Below, piece after piece: positions 30,609-38,564 of a stretch of DNA of 64,000 nucleotides. Source of the DNA: a virus (Duplodnaviria; Caudoviricetes); the IMG/VR virus record IMGVR_UViG_3300029305_003084; one strand, 5' to 3'. Under the pieces are notes generated by a model. The model worked only from the letters and a program-made list of their open reading frames with translations, searched no databases and was not told where the DNA came from. Positions within the stretch are counted from its first letter, which is position 1, and each line of letters starts with the position of its first letter. The translations under genes were made by a program, and so were the position numbers.

Positions 30609-31445
30609 GTGAATACTATGAAAGAGCAACTTGCGGCATATCTTGTCATGGAATCAATGACTGATCCCATGCCTGTCAAGAATGTCCAGTTCCATAATAA
30701 AAATGATCTTTTTTATGTAAGATTTGATACTACATTACAGGATTTCAATGTCCGCAATCGTAATAACCGTATTTATATGGGTAATGCAATGATTCCTTCA
30801 CTTATGGCTGAACATATCATGGAACTACAATCAAAGGGTTCTTGGGTAGGTGAAGCAGGTCATCCTATGTCTGATGATATTAAGAGAATCTTAACTATTG
30901 ATCCTAAATTAGTTTCTCATAGAATCGTAAAGCATGAAGCAAATATGTCTAGATGTACTGGTACAGTTGAGACTTTAGATAATGATTTGGGTAGACAGAT
31001 GACAAAATTAATTCTTCAGGGAATTGAGCCTGCTTTTAGTTTAAGAGCACTAGCTCCTCTAGTTAAGAGACCTGATGGTGTTAGTATTGTAAAAACTAAG
31101 GCACATGTAGTTACATATGACTGGGTTTTCCTTCCTTCTCATAAAGTAGCATATAGAGATACCTCTAAGCCTATTGAAAAGATTTGTAAGAATGTAATGG
31201 AATCTGGTAACGGTATGGATCATCACTCTTTACTACCTGTACAAGAAGCTATGATTACTGATTTCATCGCTATGGAATCTGCTAATGTAAAGCTAATTTC
31301 TAATGTATGTGAAGTTGCATTAGAATCTATGCAGTTAAGTAAAGATACCAGACATGTTATTTTAAAGGAAGCTGGTAATACATATATAGTTCCTTTAGAA
31401 GAAAAGATTAGAACTGATATTTCTCAGTATATGAGAAATATTTAA
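30609..31445 (+). CDS. prohead maturation protease
   Basis: RNRNNRIY, GEAGHP, FSLRA, TYDWVFLPSH motifs; late motif at 30570-30581. Confidence 0.85.
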   Translation: MNTMKEQLAAYLVMESMTDPMPVKNVQFHNKNDLFYVRFDTTLQDFNVRNRNNRIYMGNAMIPSLMAEHIMELQSKGSWVGEAGHPMSDDIKRILTIDPKLVSHRIVKHEANMSRCTGTVETLDNDLGRQMTKLILQGIEPAFSLRALAPLVKRPDGVSIVKTKAHVVTYDWVFLPSHKVAYRDTSKPIEKICKNVMESGNGMDHHSLLPVQEAMITDFIAMESANVKLISNVCEVALESMQLSKDTRHVILKEAGNTYIVPLEEKIRTDISQYMRNI

Positions 31446-31466
31446 AATAAAAGGGGATGGAATAAA

Positions 31467-31811
31467 ATGGATAAGAAAGTAATTAAAGTTTTTATTTCTC
31501 AGCCTATGGGAAATAGAACAGAAGAAGAAATTTTAAAAGAAAGAAAAGATATTGAAAATCGATTAAAAGAATTTTATGAAAATATTGAGATTATTGATAC
31601 ATACTTTACTGATAATGCTGGTCCTATCGAATGTCTCGGTAAGAGTATTGGTATGTTAAAGGATGCTGACCTTGTTGTATTTGCTGATGAGTATAGATTA
31701 GCAAGAGGTTGTCGTATTGAAAATATGGTATGTCTTGAGTACGGTATTAGATGCATTAGTAATCTATACAACGATTACTACTTAGAAAGTGTATTTAAAT
31801 CATTCAAATAA
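31467..31811 (+). CDS. DUF4406 / nucleoside-deoxyribosyltransferase-like protein
   Basis: VFISQPM...DADLVVF...ARGCRIE. Confidence 0.65.
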   Translation: MDKKVIKVFISQPMGNRTEEEILKERKDIENRLKEFYENIEIIDTYFTDNAGPIECLGKSIGMLKDADLVVFADEYRLARGCRIENMVCLEYGIRCISNLYNDYYLESVFKSFK

Positions 31812-31857
31812 TATAAATTAGAGAATATAGGAAAATATCCTATATTCTCTAATATTT

Positions 31858-32151
31858 TTATACTAAACCTTGAAGTAGTAAAGCACCATTAATTTCTTCT
31901 AAAGATACAACTTCTTCAGTACCATGAAGTGCATTTTCTTTTAATGCAAATACAGTATCTTTAACAGTATTAACAGTAACTTCTTCTTTAGTTTCTTCAT
32001 CAATATGAGTGTAGGTGAAAGGTAATTTTACACATACACCTTCAGCTTCATTCATGTTACAAGGTACATAAGACCCGTTTTGATGAAGCTTAATATATAC
32101 AGCGGTTTCTGAATAACCGATTAATGAATTGTCTTTAGTAATTTTATACAT
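31858..32151 (-). CDS. small tail-associated hypothetical protein
   Basis: MYKITKD...YIKLHQNGSYVPC...AEG; downstream of DUF6273-like genes. Confidence 0.6.
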   Translation of the reverse strand: MYKITKDNSLIGYSETAVYIKLHQNGSYVPCNMNEAEGVCVKLPFTYTHIDEETKEEVTVNTVKDTVFALKENALHGTEEVVSLEEINGALLLQGLV

Positions 32152-32172
32152 AATATATTACCTCCATTTATG

Positions 32173-33015
32173 TTAAATGGTAATTAATGGAACGAAACCA
32201 TAAGAATATGAACCTTCCATAGCACCAGCATATGAACTACCCATCTCATATAATATTGCACAATATTTACCAGCTTTTTTATATGAAGGAGATCTAGTCC
32301 ACCATGAACATGGTGTAGTTGGATTATCATGTCTATATCTATCTTTAGAATTTCCAGCAGCATAATATGCTAATTGTTTTTGATAATTTTGCTCATAATT
32401 ATTAGCTATACTTCTAGTACCCATTACTTCAAATTCAGCAGGAACATATACTGTTTCTGTTGTTGTTGTGACATATTGAGACATACTTAAACCACTACCA
32501 GTATTACATGTATAGACAGTTCTAGATCTTAATATTGATTGTAGCTCTGATGGTAATGTATTCTTAAACTCGGCACAAATTAATGTTCTTAGATTAGAAT
32601 CTTGCCATCCTTCACTAATACCATCAGAATCATGGTCATGGTTAAAATAATCATTCATAATTGTACTGTTATATCCACTATCAACAAAAGCTATATCAAT
32701 GCCATTAGTTAATGTAGATTTACCAAATCCGCAAAGTATATGAGATTCACCATTTGTTTCAACATCTTTATTATGATCAAATGCCAATATTTGCATACAT
32801 ACTTTTGTATTGTTAAAAGTTAATCCAATACCAATAGAGCCATTTAATGTTACTTCTTTTACATCACCAACTGAAAAATAATTAGCTGCAACTCCAGTAT
32901 CGATTATGGTTTTAATATCTTCCCAAGATATATCATTAAATGGGGTGCCAATAGTAGGGAAGTTTGACGGTGCTACTAGAGGATTAACAATACCACTCAT
33001 AATAATTTTTCCCAT
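32173..33015 (-). CDS. DUF6273-like receptor-binding protein
   Basis: SWEDI, FSVGDVK, GWQDSNLR, AEFEVMG, WWTRSP...YGFVP. Confidence 0.75.
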   Translation of the reverse strand: MGKIIMSGIVNPLVAPSNFPTIGTPFNDISWEDIKTIIDTGVAANYFSVGDVKEVTLNGSIGIGLTFNNTKVCMQILAFDHNKDVETNGESHILCGFGKSTLTNGIDIAFVDSGYNSTIMNDYFNHDHDSDGISEGWQDSNLRTLICAEFKNTLPSELQSILRSRTVYTCNTGSGLSMSQYVTTTTETVYVPAEFEVMGTRSIANNYEQNYQKQLAYYAAGNSKDRYRHDNPTTPCSWWTRSPSYKKAGKYCAILYEMGSSYAGAMEGSYSYGFVPLITI

Positions 33016-33035
33016 AATATATTACCTCCCCATTA

Positions 33036-33980
33036 TTAAACTGCAAATATAGGACCGACGATATAGAAATATTTACAATCAATACTACTAATCGTTCCTG
33101 AATCACTAATAATTAAAAATTTATTTAATGAATCTGTTGGAACAGAACGTAAAAAACATCTTCCCCCAGATATACTTTCAACACTTGTCCCCTCATCAAA
33201 AATAAAATTTTTTAATTTACTATTTCCAGCAGCATAATATGCGTACTGTTTTTGATAATTTTGTTCATATTGATTTGCATATTTTCGAGTTCCAAATACT
33301 TCAAATTCTGATAATATTGGCAAATAATCTATAGTTGAAGTAACATTACTGGATACGTTACTATTTCCAGCTACATTATTTGAATATTTTATGATGGATT
33401 TCATAACAGATCGAAGATCTTCAGGTAATGTTGACATGAGTGTATTATTTACAGGATTTGTTGTGCATGTATCAGTTGGATTATTACCAGTACGCCCAGA
33501 AGAAGGAGAACTACCATAATTAGAAGGAGGTTGATTGGTACTTCCAAGAAAATCGTATCGTAAATCACATCCAGCCCATCCACCATAATTATAATTACCC
33601 CAATGATTCATATTAGAACCAATACCACCATTAGTTGCACTAGCCCAATAGTTTGTTCCAATACCTATATCATATCCTTTAACTTTACCAATACTAAAAT
33701 GAATGTGGTTTTCGCCTTCTATTTCAGAATTATGATTTATGCCTAAAATATATACATCAATAGCATAATTCGAAAATGTTCTACCATATGAAGAATTACC
33801 CAATTGACCATTTAAAATGATAGTTTTTGTATCACCAACTGAAAAATAATCAGCAGCAATACCAGCATTGGAAATTTTACGAATATCTTTCCAACTCATA
33901 TCATTTAAGTTAGTTCCGATTGGAGGTAATGCTATAGGCATAGTGGATTTTGACGCACCAGAGATAATAATTTTTCCCAT
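33036..33980 (-). CDS. DUF6273-like receptor-binding protein
   Basis: SWKDI, FSVGDTK, NYGGWAGCDLR, LSEFEVFG, QYAYYAAGNSK. Confidence 0.75.
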   Translation of the reverse strand: MGKIIISGASKSTMPIALPPIGTNLNDMSWKDIRKISNAGIAADYFSVGDTKTIILNGQLGNSSYGRTFSNYAIDVYILGINHNSEIEGENHIHFSIGKVKGYDIGIGTNYWASATNGGIGSNMNHWGNYNYGGWAGCDLRYDFLGSTNQPPSNYGSSPSSGRTGNNPTDTCTTNPVNNTLMSTLPEDLRSVMKSIIKYSNNVAGNSNVSSNVTSTIDYLPILSEFEVFGTRKYANQYEQNYQKQYAYYAAGNSKLKNFIFDEGTSVESISGGRCFLRSVPTDSLNKFLIISDSGTISSIDCKYFYIVGPIFAV

Positions 33981-33992
33981 AATAATACCCCC

Positions 33993-35177
33993 TTAAGCAG
34001 CAGAACCTGCAACAAATGCAGTAGAACTTGTACTTGCACAGAACTCTTTATTTACTAAATCCCAAAAACCAGCAACATTAGAAGAATTTTTGCAAGGAAC
34101 ATAATGTCGTATTAATGTACCATTATCATAGATTTGACAAGAATACATTTTAGCCGAAACATATCCAGAAATAGTTCCAGCAGTATTACATGCAAATAAA
34201 GCCAGATTAGTATTACTTTGGAATGTAGTAGCTGTCCATGTTTTATTATAACCATTAATTGTTAACGAATTCTTATTATAATCAATACTTAGTCTTTCAG
34301 TTATTGTAATACTTGAAAAAGCATATCTGTTATTACTACTACTATAGTCAGAATTCCAAGTACTACCACTTAATAAAAATACACTTTTTGAACCAGACGC
34401 TGTAGAATCACGACCTTCGAACAGCCATGCATGAGAAGAAGGTTGTGATGTAACCTGAGCATCAACAACAACTCGTGTATTCTGATTATGTTTAAAACCA
34501 GTGTCTAAATACTGGCTACCAGTAGATTCAATATATGATAATCTAGTATATCCGCTAGGTAGTGATATAATATAACCTGCATTAAATGCAGTTGAACTTG
34601 CACTACTATAGAATGTTTTACCAACAGTATCATACATACCAACAGTACCAGAAGAATTAACACATGGTACAAAGTTTCGAACTAATGTACCATTATCATA
34701 AATTTTACAATTTTTAATTTTACCACTGGAGCAGGTTTTTGCTGTACCAGCATCATTTGTACTAAATAAATATATAGAATAAGGGGATGAGAATGTATTT
34801 GCTGATGTGTATGTACCATCAGTAACAGTATCAGTTTTATTTACTGTAGTTACATCCTTATTTTTATCAATATGAGTAGCAGATGTTGATGTAACATATA
34901 TTTCATGTGCAACGTTATAGTCAGTTCTGATTTTACTATTTACAAATAGCATACTGAAGTTAACATTGGTACTAGTTCGTGCACCAAAAATCCAACAAGT
35001 TGTACTTGTATTGGGAAAATCACAATCCATTACAACACGAGTATCTTGATTTGGATTAAACCCAGTATCTAAATATTGTGTACCGGTAGACTCAATATAT
35101 GATAATCGAGTATATCCACTGGGCAATCCATTAAAACTATGATTACTACCTTTTCTTAAATATAGAATGTGGCCCAT
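33993..35177 (-). CDS. fibre protein with two tandem LPSGYTRLSYIESTG domains
   Basis: Internal duplication; domain shared with 22923 and 24787. Confidence 0.75.
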   Translation of the reverse strand: MGHILYLRKGSNHSFNGLPSGYTRLSYIESTGTQYLDTGFNPNQDTRVVMDCDFPNTSTTCWIFGARTSTNVNFSMLFVNSKIRTDYNVAHEIYVTSTSATHIDKNKDVTTVNKTDTVTDGTYTSANTFSSPYSIYLFSTNDAGTAKTCSSGKIKNCKIYDNGTLVRNFVPCVNSSGTVGMYDTVGKTFYSSASSTAFNAGYIISLPSGYTRLSYIESTGSQYLDTGFKHNQNTRVVVDAQVTSQPSSHAWLFEGRDSTASGSKSVFLLSGSTWNSDYSSSNNRYAFSSITITERLSIDYNKNSLTINGYNKTWTATTFQSNTNLALFACNTAGTISGYVSAKMYSCQIYDNGTLIRHYVPCKNSSNVAGFWDLVNKEFCASTSSTAFVAGSAA

Positions 35178-35515
35178 TAGACCACCTCCAGAATAAAGGG
35201 AATTTCTACAGTATTTGCATCACCATAGATATAAAACATAGCACCACCATCCACAGTTTCAGCATCACCATTGGTGATAAACTCTAAAAACTGATTGGTT
35301 TCTTCAACATAAGCAGCATAACCATCAGTAGTTCTTTCATGAGTATTAATGTTATCTGCCTTACCAGTATGCTTTGCAGTAACACCTTCAATAGCAACAA
35401 ACTGAGTTTTAACACCAGTGTTTTCATCCTCAGTCCAAGTAGTACTGATTACACCAGTAAATACTTTTGCACCAGATCCACCACTGTTGTTATTTAACAT
35501 AGGAATAAAAGCCAT
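35177..35515 (-). CDS. small tail-associated protein
   Basis: AGGAGG SD before ATG 35515; MAFIPMLNNNSG start. Confidence 0.7.
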   Translation of the reverse strand: MAFIPMLNNNSGGSGAKVFTGVISTTWTEDENTGVKTQFVAIEGVTAKHTGKADNINTHERTTDGYAAYVEETNQFLEFITNGDAETVDGGAMFYIYGDANTVEIPFILEVV

Positions 35516-35582
35516 AATATACTTACCTCCTAAATTTATTTTTAGTCTATTATAATAGACATATATGTTTTTCTTATAGATT

Positions 35583-35638
35583 CTTATTATATGTATTTCA
35601 TTAATGAAACATTTCATTAATGAAATACATATAATAAG
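35583..35638. repeat. palindrome B copy 4 (4 compensated substitutions per arm)
   Basis: CTTATTATATGTATTTCATTAATGAAA-CA-TTTCATTAATGAAATACATATAATAAG. Confidence 0.95.
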
Positions 35639-35692
35639 CTTCAATTTAAATAACAATAAATACATATATTCATACAGAAGGGATGATTGAAT

Positions 35693-36025
35693 ATGAGTTT
35701 TATTCCTATGCTAATCAATAATTCGGGGAGTAGTAATTCGGAAATTAAAATTGGTGCATATATTGGAGATAGTAATGAATCTCAAATAATAAATTTAGGA
35801 TTTACACCTTCAATTGTTTTCGTTGTGTGTAAGGAAGTTATTCATGATGATACAGGGGAATATAAAGCTATTGCATTGACTAATAATCCTGCAAAGGCTA
35901 CTGTCACGCGTCTTGAAATTGTTGAAAATGGATTTAAGTCATATTATTATAGCAGTACAACAGTTGCAAAATGTTCCATGCTAAATTACGCTAGTTACAA
36001 TTATTTATATATTGCAGTAAAATAA
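35693..36025 (+). CDS. small tail-associated protein
   Basis: MSFIPMLINNSG start; GAYIGD...INLGFTPS...YLYIAVK. Confidence 0.7.
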   Translation: MSFIPMLINNSGSSNSEIKIGAYIGDSNESQIINLGFTPSIVFVVCKEVIHDDTGEYKAIALTNNPAKATVTRLEIVENGFKSYYYSSTTVAKCSMLNYASYNYLYIAVK

Positions 36026-36177
36026 CTTGTTATATTTCAATTAATATGAGATATTCATATACTAAATAACTAATATGGTTTTAGAGATATAGGTAAAATT
36101 ACCTATATCTCTAATTGTTTTTAACCCTTGAAAACAATACTGTAATATTAATATATACAAGAAATGGGGTGACTAAC

Positions 36178-37785
36178 ATGCAGATTAATATTAATAAAAA
36201 TAGAATTTTACAAGCAAAAATTACACCTAACATGATTATTCAGGAACATTGTAATCGGGTATGTAATAACCCCACACCTGTTAACATTTCTGAATTCATG
36301 TTAAATTTTAAATCACTCCCTAGACAGACTATTTTAGAAAATCTGTCATGTTTATATAAAATCAATACAAAGCAATCTATTAGTTTTCTAAATCATATTT
36401 TAGAAAATTCTAATCTTTCTGAAGAACAGTTACAAGAATATTCTTATCATATAAAAGAATATATTCTTGAAAATGATATGGATGAATCATCTTATGAAGA
36501 TACTTTTAAATTAATTGAAAATTTAATTCAGGATACAGATAATATTGAAAAGATCAAAGAGTCAATTAAGTATTCTCTTGCATCTGATAGATTTACAAAG
36601 CATTATGCTTGTGAATCTTATTATCTAGATACTGAATTAGATATTATTGCTTATAATATTAATTACAATCCTGAGACAATTACACAGTTAGAATTATTAT
36701 TAAGAAAGATTAAGATGTCAAAAGGTGCTGAATATTTTAATGAATTCCCTGGTCTATTAGACAAATCAACAAAAATGATTTGTAATATTGAAATGAATAT
36801 GACTGGTGATGTATTAGAATTGGTTACATCAGTACCTATTGTAATTGCTGAAAAATTATCAGAATGTAAAGTTCCTCCTACTCAGGCAAAGAATTTTATC
36901 CGATTAATTGATAAGCAAATTATTACAATGACTAAGACATTAAAAAATAATGCAGGAACTCAATATAATTTATATTATTCCTATTTACAGTCTTTGCAGA
37001 AAGCAAAAGAAATTCTTACTAATAGAACTACTACCAAGGTATTAGAACACATTGCTGAAATGCAACCCGATGTTATTTATTCTGATGGTGTATTAGAAGA
37101 TATTGCTGCTGAAATTGAAGATTCTTTAGTCGATATTTTCTATGATCCGGAATCAGAAAATGATATGAAAGTAATGGAAAATTTCTATAAACTTTCTATG
37201 AAATATACTAATTTATTAGAAGCTAAAAATACCGGTGTAAGTAAAGGTGTTCGAAATGCTGCTAATAAAGTAGGTAATGCAAATAGAAAAGTTGCTAATA
37301 AAGTAGTTGCTAAAGCACATGATAGTGCTAGGGTAAAAACTACAATATCAAAATCTTTTGATCCTCTTGTTAATCTTATTAATAACACAGTGAATAAGAT
37401 TAAAGAACAAGACAAAAAAGAAAGAACTGACCGTATAGTTACTGGACAGTTTAGTTTTAAATTAAAGAATGTTATCAAAAAGGGTATTGGTGCAATTGCT
37501 TTATTTACTGTAACAAAAGGTGTTGTTGCTTCAGCAGTTAATCCTCTTGTTGGTGCAGTAATTGGTGCAATTACATTATATGCTGCATTTGGTAGAGATA
37601 GAAAATTAGATAGAAAAACAAGACAAAAAGTCATAAAAGACTTAGAAGAAGAATTAGTTATTGTCAATGAAAAAATTGATGATGCTAAGGGTGATGGTGA
37701 TAAGCAGGCAAAATACCAGCTTATGAGAGTTCGTTCTCAACTAGAACGTGATATTGAACGAATTAAATTCCATCTTGATGAGTAA
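36178..37785 (+). CDS. probable virion head structural protein
   Basis: Late motif at 36133-36144, X-E cleavage-like motifs, basic/coiled C-terminus, next to capsid gene. Confidence 0.55.
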   Translation: MQININKNRILQAKITPNMIIQEHCNRVCNNPTPVNISEFMLNFKSLPRQTILENLSCLYKINTKQSISFLNHILENSNLSEEQLQEYSYHIKEYILENDMDESSYEDTFKLIENLIQDTDNIEKIKESIKYSLASDRFTKHYACESYYLDTELDIIAYNINYNPETITQLELLLRKIKMSKGAEYFNEFPGLLDKSTKMICNIEMNMTGDVLELVTSVPIVIAEKLSECKVPPTQAKNFIRLIDKQIITMTKTLKNNAGTQYNLYYSYLQSLQKAKEILTNRTTTKVLEHIAEMQPDVIYSDGVLEDIAAEIEDSLVDIFYDPESENDMKVMENFYKLSMKYTNLLEAKNTGVSKGVRNAANKVGNANRKVANKVVAKAHDSARVKTTISKSFDPLVNLINNTVNKIKEQDKKERTDRIVTGQFSFKLKNVIKKGIGAIALFTVTKGVVASAVNPLVGAVIGAITLYAAFGRDRKLDRKTRQKVIKDLEEELVIVNEKIDDAKGDGDKQAKYQLMRVRSQLERDIERIKFHLDE

Positions 37786-37798
37786 GGGGTGAAAATTC

Positions 37799-38422
37799 GT
37801 GGCAATATTTAATTTTAGGAAAAACATATTATTAGAAGCTGAAAAAGAAACTATTGAAGTGGAAGAAAATGACAATGTCGATTATACCGAAGATGTAGAA
37901 ACTCCTGAAGATACTGAAACCACAGACGATGAAACTCAAACTGAAGAAGAACCAACTGATGATACAGAAACAGATGAACCTGTAGAAGATGAAGGTACTG
38001 ATGAAGGTGATGATACAACAGATTATACTGAGGATATCACAGATGATACTGCTGGTACTGATGATATGACTGGTGAAGAATCTCCTGAAGAAACATCAGA
38101 AGAACCTACTACTGAAGAACCATCTGAAGATGATATCAAAAATGCAAATTTATTAAAAGATATTATTACATTATATTATGAAGTTATTAACATAACTAAT
38201 AAGATTGATAATATTATTGATATTAATTTTGATGTCAACCAAGTCTGTGTTAAAGTAAAAAATAATTTAACTACTTTAAATGAGTACCTTTATGATTTAG
38301 TAACAGGACCATTTAAAACAAATACATATGTTAAAAATTTATATATCTATCAATATGCTCTTGAAATTGTTAAAATAAACATAGAAATGTTTAGAAATAT
38401 CAAAGATTTCAATTCTATGTAA
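37799..38422 (+). CDS. acidic scaffold-like head protein
   Basis: Glu/Asp/Thr-rich tract after LLEA; immediately upstream of capsid gene. Confidence 0.5.
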   Translation: MAIFNFRKNILLEAEKETIEVEENDNVDYTEDVETPEDTETTDDETQTEEEPTDDTETDEPVEDEGTDEGDDTTDYTEDITDDTAGTDDMTGEESPEETSEEPTTEEPSEDDIKNANLLKDIITLYYEVINITNKIDNIIDINFDVNQVCVKVKNNLTTLNEYLYDLVTGPFKTNTYVKNLYIYQYALEIVKINIEMFRNIKDFNSM

Positions 38423-38564
38423 TATAACATTTATATAAAATAATATATTGTTTATTCCACAGAAAATAGTGAATTAGCTATATTTATTTTTATTTTACGA
38501 TAATTCACGATATATTTGTTTTAACAAACAAATATATAAAAATTAGAAAGGATGTGTATCTTAT

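Noticed and set aside
18228-35638. Palindromes A and B as a CRISPR array
   Set aside because: Copies are separated by whole genes, not 30-40-nt spacers; no cas genes
17641-36025. Classical invertase shufflon (constant 5' gene part plus invertible 3' ends)
   Set aside because: Repeats are intergenic, each gene has its own SD and start, and no invertase is in the window
17591-36113. Hairpins as integron attC sites
   Set aside because: No RYYYAAC/GTTRRRY ends or extrahelical bases, genes in both orientations, no integrase
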